The notes under the pieces: model-generated
The model's input: the letters and a program-made list of their open reading frames with translations, nothing else
Told to the model about the DNA's origin: nothing
The model's database searches: none
Assembly (NCBI GenBank): GCA_964458565.1
Contig: CAYWJO010000001.1
Coordinates: forward strand, 128,001 to 192,000
Source of the DNA: an uncultured archaeon
GTDB taxonomy: Archaea > Asgardarchaeota > Thorarchaeia > Thorarchaeales > Thorarchaeaceae
DNA length: 64,000 nucleotides
Direction of reading: 5' to 3'
Translations under genes and position numbers: made by a program
Shown: piece by piece, positions 19,295-29,960 of the stretch
How positions within the stretch are numbered: the stretch's first letter is position 1
Layout: every line of letters starts with the position of its first letter

Positions 19295-22200
19295 ATGGTC
19301 AGTGAATCAGCCAATAAGACGAGTGAACCATCAAAACCAACTGATGTTCTCATCATTGGTGGAGGCATGGCAGGCATCAATGCGTCTCTTGATCTTGCGA
19401 ATGCTGGGCATCATGCACATATTATCGAACGTAGTGTGAGTATTGGTGGTAACTATGTAGCTGTCTACAAGATATTTCCAGCATTGGAATGTTCTGCTTG
19501 TGTTATGACCCCTCTAACAAGTTTTGTGGGAAAACATCCAGGTATTACAATCCACGCATTGTCTGAAGTTGAGAAGATTGAGGGCGATGTAGGAGATTTC
19601 ATTGTCACTATTCGGAAGAAAGCAAGATATGTTGACGAGAATACTTGTACAGGTTGTCAATTATGTATACGAGCGTGTCCAGTTGAAGTGCCAAACGAAT
19701 ATGACTTTGGCCTCTCATTGCGAAAGGCAATATACATGAACTTCGCACAACAGATTCCACTTATTTCTACTATAGATCGCGAAGTTTGTATAGGCTGTGG
19801 GACCTGCGCTGCGGCATGTCCACAAGGTTGTATCAATTTTGAGGATGAGGATAAGGTCTTTGATCTTAATGTTGGAGCAGTAATTGTCGCAACAGGGTTC
19901 CAAGAGTACAAACCGTTGGACTATGGAGAATATGGTTATGGTATCTATCCTAATGTCATCACATCACTTGAATTAGATCGACAAAGTCACCCTACAGGTC
20001 CAACTGATTCTCATATCGTGCGACCTTCTGACGGGAAGGAACCTGAGAAGGTGTTGTTCATCAATTGTGTTGGAAGTCGTGATGTGCGAGAAAACATAGG
20101 TGGGTACAGTCAACACTGTAACAGGGTCTGTTGCTCATTTGGTGTGAAACTTGCTAAGGTCACACGGATGCATTATCCAAAGGACCACTGTGAGATAATT
20201 TACACCTACATCGATATTCGGACGGCAGGGAAGGCACTGGAAGAGTTCTATTGGGATGCTGAACATGGTGACCAAGATATCAAGTTCATCAGAGGACGTG
20301 TTGCTGAAATTAATGAGGACATTGATACACATGATCTCTCTGTGAAGATGGAAGACACAGAAAATGGTCAGATTATAGAGATTGATAATATTTCGATGGT
20401 CGTGCTCAATGCCAGTTTTAGACCGCCAGAGGGAAATGAGGACCTTGCTCAAATCTTAGGAATTGAGCTTGAAGAAACAGGGTATGTTAAGTCAGCTCAT
20501 CCGAATGCACGAGCAATTGAAACAACAAGACCAGGTGTGTTCGTAGCGGGTTGTGCGCATGGCCCACGAGACGGTACTGACACAGTGAATGAAGGAAAAG
20601 GTGCTGCTATGGCAGCTCACTCACTTCTACCAATCCCAGAGCCTCTTGCAAAGGAAGAGATACCTCCTGCTGAGCTAGGTGATGAACCACGTGTGGGAGT
20701 CTTTGTATGTCATTGCGGAGGTATTATTGGAAACGAAATTGACGCACCGGGTCTTGGAGAGTGGGCTAAAGATTTACCAAATGTGGCGTACTCTACGGAT
20801 TATATCTTCATGTGTAGCGATCCAGGTCAAGATTATGTTACACAGGCAATTAAAGAACACAAACTGAATAGAGTGGTTGTGGGTTCTTGTTCACCATTAC
20901 AGCATGAAGCAACGTTCAGAGCAGCATTGGAAGCAGCAGGTCTTTCGGGCTATTATCTTGTTGGACCGGTTGGTCTAAGAGAACATCTCACTTTGGTGAA
21001 CACTCAAGCTAGTCGCGATGAGAGGCAAGAGAAAGCTCAAGATATGATTCGCAGCGCAGTTGCGAAAGCTGTCAACAATGAAGAGGTTCCTGTGAAGACA
21101 GTAGAGGTGACCAAGAGAGTAATGGTCCTAGGTGGCGGTGTTTCGGGAATGACTGCAGCATTGGACATCGCGAAGAAGGGTTTTGAGGTTGTGTTAGTAG
21201 AAAAGACTGACAAGCTAGGTGGGAGATTAAATGACCTCTACAGGGTATTTCCCAACATGGAAGATGCACAGGAAATAGTGGGAGCACTCTTAGAGAGGGT
21301 TGAGAAAGAAAAGAAAATTACAGTTATACTGAACTCTACAGTCACTAGTCGTGATGGAACATATGGTAATTATGAGATGACAGTAAGGAATCACAGTTCT
21401 AATGAAAATACAGTTTATACAGTCGGTACAATGGTGATAGCAGTAGGTACAGATACTTATGAACCCAAGAATGGCGAGTATGGATGGGAAGAAGTACCCT
21501 GTGTCATGACCACACTTGAACTTGAAAAGAAGCTGAAAGCCGGAGAGATTACCAAAGCCCCAAAGAATCCTGTTTTCATACATTGTGTAGGGTCTCGTCA
21601 GACTCCAGGTGAAGGAAATCGGTATTGCTCACGAGTATGTTGTTCTGCAGTTATCACTATGCAGCATGAACTCAAAGAGATGTTCCCAGACATTCGGATA
21701 TTCTCCGCATATAAGGAACAAATACGTCCTTATGCCAATGGAATGGAAGAGTTATGGAGAGAGAACCGAAGAAAGGGTATTTCCTATCTAAGATGGGTGA
21801 GGGAACGACCAGTCACGGTTGAAAAAGCTCCGGACTCGGATGAAGCAATTGTAACAATTTATGACACGCTATCGCAAGAAACATTCAAGATTAGATCGGA
21901 TATGGTAATTCTTGCTGTTGGTATTGAAGCTCCCCATGATGTGAATAACCTTACGAAAGCAATTGGAATCAGTAGAAGTCAGGATGGTTTTCTTGCAGAG
22001 ATGCATATGAAATTCAGACCCGTTGAAACAACTGTACCTGGCGTTTTTCTTGGAGTGACTTATGCAAAGAATATTGCAGATTCTATTAATCAAGCCCGAG
22101 GAGCGGCTAGTGAGGCAACTATTCCTCTGAATCTCGGAAAAGTAGATATTGAACTTCTTACTGCAGAAGTTGATGAGGAGCTTTGTGTTGGATGCGATCT

Positions 22201-22402
22201 TTGTTCTTACTCAGAGATCTGTCCATATGATGCAATCTCAATGGTTGAGAGAGAACCAGGGGTGAAAAAGAGCGTAACGGATGAGATGCGTTGTGAGGGA
22301 TGTGGAGCGTGTGTGGCAATATGTCCAACTGGTGCCAGAGACCTCAGATGGTGGCGTGAAAAGAGTATACTAGATGAGATTGAGGAAATGTTGAAGGAGT
22401 GA
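19295..22402 (+). CDS. hdrA: Double-module HdrA-like flavin/Fe-S protein
   Basis: Two GGG FAD motifs, ECSAC, two CVGSR...C(N/S)RVCC clusters, internal RVGVFVCHCG HdrA N-domain, two 2[4Fe-4S] ferredoxin domains. Confidence 0.9.
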   Translation: MVSESANKTSEPSKPTDVLIIGGGMAGINASLDLANAGHHAHIIERSVSIGGNYVAVYKIFPALECSACVMTPLTSFVGKHPGITIHALSEVEKIEGDVGDFIVTIRKKARYVDENTCTGCQLCIRACPVEVPNEYDFGLSLRKAIYMNFAQQIPLISTIDREVCIGCGTCAAACPQGCINFEDEDKVFDLNVGAVIVATGFQEYKPLDYGEYGYGIYPNVITSLELDRQSHPTGPTDSHIVRPSDGKEPEKVLFINCVGSRDVRENIGGYSQHCNRVCCSFGVKLAKVTRMHYPKDHCEIIYTYIDIRTAGKALEEFYWDAEHGDQDIKFIRGRVAEINEDIDTHDLSVKMEDTENGQIIEIDNISMVVLNASFRPPEGNEDLAQILGIELEETGYVKSAHPNARAIETTRPGVFVAGCAHGPRDGTDTVNEGKGAAMAAHSLLPIPEPLAKEEIPPAELGDEPRVGVFVCHCGGIIGNEIDAPGLGEWAKDLPNVAYSTDYIFMCSDPGQDYVTQAIKEHKLNRVVVGSCSPLQHEATFRAALEAAGLSGYYLVGPVGLREHLTLVNTQASRDERQEKAQDMIRSAVAKAVNNEEVPVKTVEVTKRVMVLGGGVSGMTAALDIAKKGFEVVLVEKTDKLGGRLNDLYRVFPNMEDAQEIVGALLERVEKEKKITVILNSTVTSRDGTYGNYEMTVRNHSSNENTVYTVGTMVIAVGTDTYEPKNGEYGWEEVPCVMTTLELEKKLKAGEITKAPKNPVFIHCVGSRQTPGEGNRYCSRVCCSAVITMQHELKEMFPDIRIFSAYKEQIRPYANGMEELWRENRRKGISYLRWVRERPVTVEKAPDSDEAIVTIYDTLSQETFKIRSDMVILAVGIEAPHDVNNLTKAIGISRSQDGFLAEMHMKFRPVETTVPGVFLGVTYAKNIADSINQARGAASEATIPLNLGKVDIELLTAEVDEELCVGCDLCSYSEICPYDAISMVEREPGVKKSVTDEMRCEGCGACVAICPTGARDLRWWREKSILDEIEEMLKE

Positions 22403-22409
22403 ACTCTAA

Positions 22410-22979
22410 ATGACATCGATAAAGAGTCTCACCCATACATGGTCAGTTCTCAATAATCTCATCGGTGAGATGGAGAAAGCAGGTATCTTCATACCAGATT
22501 TGACCTACGGGGACTTAAGAAATGCAAAGATGGTTATTGAGTATTTGCGTTCATTCGGAGAGGAGATATCTGGAGACCGAAATGCAGACTTGACACTTCA
22601 AAATGAGGTAGAGTACAAACTCGAGATTCTCAAAAAGTCATTATTAGCATGGGCGGAAGAAGCACGAGGACAGGAATATAGGAGGAGTTGGGAGAAGCAA
22701 TTTGATGATGATATCATGCTTGAAGGTGGGTTTGATACGAAAGAAACAGTTCCAATATCTGATCTACCTCATGAGAAGGATATTGGATTCTTCAGGATTC
22801 GACTTCCCGACGATATTCCTGTAGAAGTTATAAGCGAGATTGCAGAAGACTGTGAGGTTTTGATACACTTAGATGGCGACCGACATTTGCAGGTCAGTGG
22901 TAAAAGAGCCTGTGTTCGGGATGCAATGAAACGTATTGGTGAGTTGTTCTATGGAAAATCTCGATTTGAAAAAATATGA
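22410..22979 (+). CDS. DUF2096-like archaeal protein
   Basis: 'WSVLNNLIGEM...DLRNAKMVI' N-terminus resembles DUF2096. Confidence 0.6.
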   Translation: MTSIKSLTHTWSVLNNLIGEMEKAGIFIPDLTYGDLRNAKMVIEYLRSFGEEISGDRNADLTLQNEVEYKLEILKKSLLAWAEEARGQEYRRSWEKQFDDDIMLEGGFDTKETVPISDLPHEKDIGFFRIRLPDDIPVEVISEIAEDCEVLIHLDGDRHLQVSGKRACVRDAMKRIGELFYGKSRFEKI

Positions 22980-23110
22980 TTCGTTCTCTCTGACACTAAG
23001 TGATAGGTATACGGATTACAGATAAAGACCCATTCCATCTCCAATTGTTGAATCCACCATAACAAAAACATTAATCCTAATAGGCAAGCGACCTACATTG
23101 TGTGAATGTA

Positions 23111-24385
23111 TTGGCACAGAAAGCGATCTACGAATTTGATGCAAAGAATCTGATTGGAGTGAATCTGAAGAAGTATTCCAGAGATGTATGGAATTATGAG
23201 AGAATCACGATGATTAGTGTGGATACTGACATCGGAAAATGGGAAAAAGAGAATCCATGGCTTAAAACCAGTAGGTTGGTAATTAAACCCGATGTGTTGG
23301 CTGGAAAAAGGGGAAAATCTGGTTTCATCGGATTAGACTTGAAGTTGGATGAAGTAAAGGAGTATCTTCGGAAGAATTTGGGGCAGGAAGTAAAAGTTGG
23401 TAACGATAGAGGTGTATTATATCGGTTCATTGTAGAACCGTATATACTTCATGAGAAGGAATACTATGCATCAATAAGTTCGAATAGGACTCATGAAATA
23501 GTCACATTCTCAGATATAGGTGGAATGAATATTGAGGAAGAGTGGGAAAAGACTCAGAGTATCCAAATACCCATTGGGTGTGATCCAAGTGATGTTGATT
23601 TTGGTCAATTGTTGACTAAATCATCTGAAAATGCACAAGAAATTACAAAATTTTTAGAGAACCTTCTAAGAGTGTATATAGAACAGGATTTTTGCTTCAT
23701 TGAAATCAACCCATTTACTATTGTAAAAAATGTAGTGATCCCATTGGATGCGAAAGCAAAATTAGATGATACATCTCATTTCTTACACAAGGATACATGG
23801 GGTAATCCTGAGAATCCGGTTTCATTTCCAACTGGATTTGGACAGACGAAAACAAAGGAAGAGGTATTTATTCAACAACTAGACAAAATGACTGGTGCCT
23901 CTCTTAAATTGACCATACTAAATGCGGAAGGGAGTATTTGGACAATGATAGCTGGTGGGGGAGCGAGTGTTATCTATGCAGACACTATTGTTGACCAAGG
24001 TTTTGGTCATGAACTAGCAAACTATGGAGAATATAGTGGAAATCCCACAGAGGAGCACACCAAGCTTTACGCTCAGACTCTTATTGACTTGATGTGCAGC
24101 AATAAATCTGAAAAGAAAAAGATACTCATTATCGGTGGTGGAATTGCTAATTTTACTGATGTCAGAAAGACCTTCTTGGGCATAGCTGCTGCGATACGAA
24201 AATCTTCTTCAAAATTAATTACAGAAAATGTCAGTATCTATGTGCGACGAGGTGGGCCCAATGAGAAAGAGGGATTGATGATGATGACAAAATTGGGAGA
24301 GGACTTGGGTATTCCAATCCATGTCTACGATAGATATACACCGATGATACGTATTATCCGATATGCTCAGGAGGAATCACATTGA
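23111..24385 (+). CDS. aclB: ATP-citrate lyase, ATP-grasp/citrate-binding subunit (likely TTG start 23111)
   Basis: AQKAIYEFDAK, KPDVLAGKRGK, EINP, AGGGASVIYAD, NYGEYSG, GGIANFT, RRGGPN. Confidence 0.93.
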   Translation: MAQKAIYEFDAKNLIGVNLKKYSRDVWNYERITMISVDTDIGKWEKENPWLKTSRLVIKPDVLAGKRGKSGFIGLDLKLDEVKEYLRKNLGQEVKVGNDRGVLYRFIVEPYILHEKEYYASISSNRTHEIVTFSDIGGMNIEEEWEKTQSIQIPIGCDPSDVDFGQLLTKSSENAQEITKFLENLLRVYIEQDFCFIEINPFTIVKNVVIPLDAKAKLDDTSHFLHKDTWGNPENPVSFPTGFGQTKTKEEVFIQQLDKMTGASLKLTILNAEGSIWTMIAGGGASVIYADTIVDQGFGHELANYGEYSGNPTEEHTKLYAQTLIDLMCSNKSEKKKILIIGGGIANFTDVRKTFLGIAAAIRKSSSKLITENVSIYVRRGGPNEKEGLMMMTKLGEDLGIPIHVYDRYTPMIRIIRYAQEESH

Positions 24386-26220
24386 AAGATTTTGAACTAT
24401 TCACCAAAGAAACTCAAGGGATTGTCTATGGATACCAGATAAATGCAGTTCAGGGAATGCTTGATTTTGACTATTTGTGTCAAAGAGAGGTACCAAGTGT
24501 TGCTGCAATTGTCAGACCAACCCAGTCCCCAACTGTAGTAAAACAGAAGGTGTTTTGGGGTTTTAAAGAAATAGTAATTCCGGTTTACAGGACACTTGAA
24601 ACTGCCCTCAAGAATCATATCAATGCAGATGTACTAATCAACTTCGCTTCGTATAGATCAGCTTTCCAAACGACCAAGTTAGCATTGAGTGCGGACACCA
24701 TCCGAACTGTTGTAATAATCGCAGAAGGTGTACCAGAACGACAGAGTCGGGAACTCATTAAACTTGCAGAAGAAAAGAAGAAAATAATCATAGGACCTGC
24801 AACTGTTGGGGGAATAAAAGCGGGTGCATTCAGGATAGGAAACACAGGAGGTACTGTTGAAAATATCAAGTTATCAAAGCTTTATCGACCTGGAAGTATT
24901 GGTTTTGTATCAAAATCCGGAGGAATGAGCAATGAGATGTATTTTCAGATATCTCAGAATACAGACGGTGTGAATGAAGGCATATCAATTGGAGGTGACA
25001 AGTATCCGGGTAGTAAATTAATTGACCATATCCTAAGATTCGAGAAGAATCCTGATATCAAAATGATAGTGTGCCTTGGAGAACTAGGTGGTCATGACGA
25101 ATACGACATTGTTGATGCAGTGAGAGAGAGCACTGTAAAGAAACCAATCGTTATGTGGGTCACAGGGATTTCAGCAAAGATACTTCCACAGGGAATTCAA
25201 TTTGGTCATGCTGGTGCGATGGCGGATAGTGAAGGCGAAACTGCAGACGCCAAGAATAGAGCACTAGCTGGAGTTGGGGTTATTGTACCTGATTCATTTG
25301 ATGATTTCAGTGATAAAATTCGCGAAACTTTTGAAACACTCAGAGAGAAGGGAGTCATAAAAGAGAGAGAGGAGATTGAACCACCTAATATGCCGATGGA
25401 CTTCGACGAGGCTCTGAAACTTGGCATGGTCAGAAGACCTACCAGTATAACCTCATCAATCTCAGACGATCGAGAGGAGACGTTGACCTATAATCGAATT
25501 CCAATTGATGAGATAATTAAGAATGGAAAATCTCTTGGGTATGTCATAGGCCTTCTCTGGTTCAAGAGAGAATTGCCTGAATTTGCTCAGGAATATATAG
25601 AGTTGATTTTGAAAATCGCCGCAGACCATGGTCCAGCAGTTGCAGGTGCACATAATGCAATTGTAGCAGCAAGAGCCGGAAAAGATTTGATGGCCTCGCT
25701 CTCAAGCGGATTGCTGACCATTGGACCACGTTTTGGAGGTGCAATATCAGATACAGCCAAGTATTTCAGAGATGCAATTAAGTCCGGTAAGAGCCCTCAA
25801 GAGTTTATTGAATATATGAAGAACGAGATAGGAATGAATATTCCCGGTATAGGTCATAGAGTGAAATCGATTCAAAATCCGGACACGCGGGTCGAGCTCA
25901 TAATAGATTTTGTTACTGAATCATTCTTGGTACATCCCAATTTAGATTATGCCATTGAAGTTGAGAAACTTACAACCTCAAAACGGAATAACTTGATTCT
26001 TAACGTGGATGGTTGTATTGGGGTCAGTTTTTTGGATCTCATGCTAAACTTGGGTTTAACAGATGAAGAAATGACTGAAGTGATTGAAGCAGAAGTTCTG
26101 AATGGTCTATTTGTACTTGGACGATCAATAGGAATAATGGGGCATATCTTTGACCAGAAACGCCAACAAGCTGGGCTATACAGACAACCATATGATGAAA
26201 TATTGTATCTGGATGAATGA
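24382..26220 (+). CDS. aclA: ATP-citrate lyase, CoA-binding/citryl-CoA lyase subunit
   Basis: NFASYRSA, IIGPATVGG, phospho-His motif QFGHAGA, ADHGPAVAGAHN, GIGHRVKS, LNVDG. Confidence 0.93.
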   Translation: MKDFELFTKETQGIVYGYQINAVQGMLDFDYLCQREVPSVAAIVRPTQSPTVVKQKVFWGFKEIVIPVYRTLETALKNHINADVLINFASYRSAFQTTKLALSADTIRTVVIIAEGVPERQSRELIKLAEEKKKIIIGPATVGGIKAGAFRIGNTGGTVENIKLSKLYRPGSIGFVSKSGGMSNEMYFQISQNTDGVNEGISIGGDKYPGSKLIDHILRFEKNPDIKMIVCLGELGGHDEYDIVDAVRESTVKKPIVMWVTGISAKILPQGIQFGHAGAMADSEGETADAKNRALAGVGVIVPDSFDDFSDKIRETFETLREKGVIKEREEIEPPNMPMDFDEALKLGMVRRPTSITSSISDDREETLTYNRIPIDEIIKNGKSLGYVIGLLWFKRELPEFAQEYIELILKIAADHGPAVAGAHNAIVAARAGKDLMASLSSGLLTIGPRFGGAISDTAKYFRDAIKSGKSPQEFIEYMKNEIGMNIPGIGHRVKSIQNPDTRVELIIDFVTESFLVHPNLDYAIEVEKLTTSKRNNLILNVDGCIGVSFLDLMLNLGLTDEEMTEVIEAEVLNGLFVLGRSIGIMGHIFDQKRQQAGLYRQPYDEILYLDE

Positions 26221-26686
26221 ATCACGTTCAACGATAATACACTCGACTTGGATTCTTCTTAGCAATAGTGAGTTTGTTCTATCAAAAGGAGGGTCCGTCG
26301 ATTTATTGAAATTTATTAGTAAATAACGAGCATTAAAGGCGCCAACTATGAGAATTTCATACTGAGAACTGATGAAGTTAAATATTACACAGATAATATG
26401 TGGATGATATGAAGGCTACTAGGATCTATACACGCGCTTGCATCTCAAGAATGCGTTCTAGGCAGCCTAGTGAGAGGGGCGAGGATTTATCAAAGGTTGA
26501 AGTTAGATTCGAATTTAAACCCAATTAGATATCTAGAATCTAAGACCATATTTTGAAGTATTTAGAAGAATTATAGAACTCAAAATAGTATTCTGGAGAT
26601 TATGAGAAATCATTAGAACTCCATTTCAATATCCTTCTTCATTTTCATTATATATACTATTGTGAAGTAGTATCAAGTGAAAGATT

Positions 26687-27961
26687 ATGAAACATGAGCG
26701 TGCGACAAAGATTACTGCTATTCTTATGCTTTTTATTTTATTCTCATCAATAGGCGGAGTGTTGGCCTTTCAAATTGCAGATGATGATCCGACAACAACT
26801 GACTCCGATGATGAAACTGAAGTTGAAACGGAAACTGAAATTGATGAGTATGAACCGGAGTATGAACGTGATAGTAACGGAACTGTCTGGGTTCAGTCAG
26901 ACATTATGAGCGTTCGATTAGATTCGAACCACCCATCATACCAATTCTGGTATAGTAACGATGTAAATGGAAGTTTAGCCAAATTTAGTGTAAGCTATCG
27001 TATGGTAGTTGAATTTGAAGACTTGAATGGAGATGGGGTATATCAAGTTAATGAAACCATAGCATTCGTGCCTCTTGATGCATTTGACTGGAATCTACAG
27101 ACTGGCTCAATCACGAACGAAGCAGGTCGAAATGAGGAAATCTATGTCACGTATATCAAAGGTGGTCTCAGCTCTGATGAGTATGAAGATGGTTGGTTTG
27201 ATGACTGGATGCCAGGATACGACCACAATGAGGGTGATTTTATTTCATCGGACGATGATGGACTAGACCTCTCGAAATATGAAACAATGACTCTACAGTT
27301 CTATGGTCACATCTACATGGATGACTACATGGGACTGGTTTCTGATGATGAAGGAGTACAGGCTAATTATACCGTTAGCGGAGGTGTTGAATTCAAGATA
27401 GATATTGAGATTGGTAATTTCCCCTTTGAGTCGAATACCTCAAAGATAGCCATCCTGAATTATCTTGAGGAGGACCTAGCTTCCAATGAAGATTCCAATC
27501 ACAGGTTTGTAACTCATGAAGATGATGGTGATAAGGAACTTGAGTCTGAAGACATTGATGAAACTTATGGTGAAAAGTTTGATGATGTTGATGACAATCA
27601 TGATGGTGAAGATGATGATATTCAGGGTATTGCCCTCACTGAAGGCTCCACAAACACAACAAGAGGATTCTATCGTTGGGTAGACAGCGCTCTAATGACT
27701 CTTCCAAACAGTACTACTCAAGCAGTCAATGTAGGAGCGTCTTACTGGACTAATGGCGAAGCAATGCTTTTGTTCCTCGCATATCCTAATTTTGATGGCG
27801 GTTCCTTGATTCATGATCCATCACTGAAATTGGAGGAACAGTCCAATCCAGTTCCGTTCACTCCCACCACCAATCAGAACTTCCCAATTGAATTTGGAAT
27901 AGCTGCAGTAGGTATTGTAGCAATCATTGCAATAGCTGCCATTGCAATGAAAAAGCGATAG
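26687..27961 (+). CDS. Secreted, highly acidic, C-terminally membrane-anchored surface protein
   Basis: Signal peptide, DLNGDG Ca-binding-like motif, IHDPS, C-terminal TM followed by KKR. Confidence 0.75.
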   Translation: MKHERATKITAILMLFILFSSIGGVLAFQIADDDPTTTDSDDETEVETETEIDEYEPEYERDSNGTVWVQSDIMSVRLDSNHPSYQFWYSNDVNGSLAKFSVSYRMVVEFEDLNGDGVYQVNETIAFVPLDAFDWNLQTGSITNEAGRNEEIYVTYIKGGLSSDEYEDGWFDDWMPGYDHNEGDFISSDDDGLDLSKYETMTLQFYGHIYMDDYMGLVSDDEGVQANYTVSGGVEFKIDIEIGNFPFESNTSKIAILNYLEEDLASNEDSNHRFVTHEDDGDKELESEDIDETYGEKFDDVDDNHDGEDDDIQGIALTEGSTNTTRGFYRWVDSALMTLPNSTTQAVNVGASYWTNGEAMLLFLAYPNFDGGSLIHDPSLKLEEQSNPVPFTPTTNQNFPIEFGIAAVGIVAIIAIAAIAMKKR

Positions 27962-28035
27962 TCTATTTGGACGGGGGTATACCTCCGTCCACCACACTGT
28001 TTTTGAAGTAGTTTGATGATGGAGAAAGCAGTAAG

Positions 28036-29043
28036 ATGAATTACATGAATCAGAGAAGCTTGCATAGAAATGCAATACTAAGTGTAATCTTAGTGCTCAC
28101 TCTATTTGGATTGATTCCCTTTAATGTCAATGCTCAGACAGACAACATTCTGATGAATAATACTACAGTCCGGAGTTCTATGTTATCTAATGGAACAACA
28201 ATCATAGAATATTCTTCAACAGTAGTGAATCGAGGCACGACCGACATAAATCGATTAGAATTACGATTTGATGTTCGCACACTTGTCATTTATCATGGAG
28301 CCTCTAGTTCAGAAGTCAGCAGTATTTCAGCAACACCAATCGATACATACAACGTGCTTCTGGTACAACTCGCAGCCCCCTTACTATCAGGTGCTACCAC
28401 TAATGTGTTTTTAAAATTCAAAACAACTGACCTTCAAGAACAATACGGAATATGCCCGGATACAGGTCTATGTCTACACAACATGATTTTCTATTTGCGA
28501 CCTACGTATGAACATAGGAATTTTACATATATTGCGAAAATACCAACTCATGCAGTTCTAGCAGATGACACTTCACCTCTATTTCCTGAAGCTGACGGGA
28601 ATTTCACTGACGGGAATACTCTAGGATTCTCTTGGTTTATAGAAAAAATCCTTCCAGGACAAGAGAGAGTCTTTATTGTAAAGTACGGACATTTAGTCAC
28701 GGCACAGGCACCAGTAGAAATACCAACAGATATGACACTATTACTAATTATTGCACTTTTTTCAGGAGCGCTGATAGCAGTTGTGATAGAAAGAACACCC
28801 AAGTTACTAGCCCAACTCAGAAAACAGGAGAAATCACTTATTGTTGGTGTAACAAGTCACGAGAATGATGTGCTACGTCTATTAAAACGCAAAGGTGGGT
28901 CCTGTCCTCAACGGTTAATCTACGAGGAGCTAGATATGTCACAGTCGCTAGCGAGTATGATTCTGACAGGTCTTGAGGAACGTGGATTGATTAAGAGATT
29001 AAGAGATGGACGGGAGAATATGGTTCATATCATTGAGGACTAG
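28036..29043 (+). CDS. Extracellular domain-TM-winged-helix protein (COG2512-like membrane-tethered regulator)
   Basis: Signal peptide, one internal TM, C-terminal 'SQSLASMILTGLEERGLIKRLRDGREN' wHTH. Confidence 0.8.
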   Translation: MNYMNQRSLHRNAILSVILVLTLFGLIPFNVNAQTDNILMNNTTVRSSMLSNGTTIIEYSSTVVNRGTTDINRLELRFDVRTLVIYHGASSSEVSSISATPIDTYNVLLVQLAAPLLSGATTNVFLKFKTTDLQEQYGICPDTGLCLHNMIFYLRPTYEHRNFTYIAKIPTHAVLADDTSPLFPEADGNFTDGNTLGFSWFIEKILPGQERVFIVKYGHLVTAQAPVEIPTDMTLLLIIALFSGALIAVVIERTPKLLAQLRKQEKSLIVGVTSHENDVLRLLKRKGGSCPQRLIYEELDMSQSLASMILTGLEERGLIKRLRDGRENMVHIIED

Positions 29044-29960
29044 GATTCGACTTTGAGACCAAGTCGTTTCCAATTTGGCTCGCTCTTTCGTTGTATATAC
29101 TGTAAATGCGTTTCTAAACCAAACTCTTCAGGTTCATGACCAAATGCTAATGCAAGAAGTTCAGATACATGAATTATATCGTATTTATACTCAACTTCGA
29201 AATGTTTCTGAATTTCCACCTGTCCTAAATCAAGCTGTAGCTCACAGAATGGACAAGGTGTAACTATCATATCAGCACCACCCGCAGCCTCCAGACTATC
29301 AAATTTCTGCTTTGTGAAATCTAGAGCAACCTTCACATCTGCTGTTCGCACTGCGCCTCCTGCACCACAACAAATTAGTTCGTCCTTATACGGCACATAT
29401 TCAGCACCGGATGCTTCGCAGAGATCTCTAAAAATGTGCGGATGTTCGGAATCGTCTTTCTGCTTCACATTCTTTGGCCTCATCCAGTGACATCCAGGAT
29501 GAAGGGCCATTCTTACACCTTTGAAGGGTCTTGTGACTCGCTCCCTGATTTTTTCAATGCCTACCATACTATATAGAGCATCAACATAATGATACACTTC
29601 AATGGATCCTTTGAATTCTCGTCCAACTTCAGCTAGAGCTACATTGACTGCGGCACGAAGTTCATCGTCATGCTTGAGCTCATGATTTGCATCCCAGAGT
29701 GAAGCAAAACATCCGTTACAGCCGGTTGTGATTGGATGTCCACCTTGCTCAGCAATTGTGAGATTCCTTGCCGCTATTGAAGCCCAAGTGACTCTGTCAA
29801 ATGAACCAAAAACACCAGGAGCAGGACAACAAGTTGCACCTTCCATATCTAAAAGGTCCATTCCGAGATCGGCAAAGACCAATTCGGTTGCTTTCTGAAT
29901 ACTAGGATATCTATGGGGAATAATACATCCTAAGAAATGATAGAATTTAGGATTAGTCAT
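29040..29960 (-). CDS. hdrB: Heterodisulfide reductase subunit B
   Basis: FLGC, CCPAPG, CNGC, HPGCH, CCGAGG, CPFC. Confidence 0.93.
   Translation of the reverse strand: MTNPKFYHFLGCIIPHRYPSIQKATELVFADLGMDLLDMEGATCCPAPGVFGSFDRVTWASIAARNLTIAEQGGHPITTGCNGCFASLWDANHELKHDDELRAAVNVALAEVGREFKGSIEVYHYVDALYSMVGIEKIRERVTRPFKGVRMALHPGCHWMRPKNVKQKDDSEHPHIFRDLCEASGAEYVPYKDELICCGAGGAVRTADVKVALDFTKQKFDSLEAAGGADMIVTPCPFCELQLDLGQVEIQKHFEVEYKYDIIHVSELLALAFGHEPEEFGLETHLQYIQRKSEPNWKRLGLKVES

Noticed and set aside
19295-22500. Selenocysteine/SECIS in hdrA
   Set aside because: The ORF has no in-frame TGA, the relevant positions are Cys, and the next gene starts 7 nt after the stop.
26221-26520. tRNA or sRNA in the long intergenic region after aclA
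   Set aside because: Only short hairpins (CTAGG-CAG-CCTAG); no cloverleaf or convincing C/D boxes.
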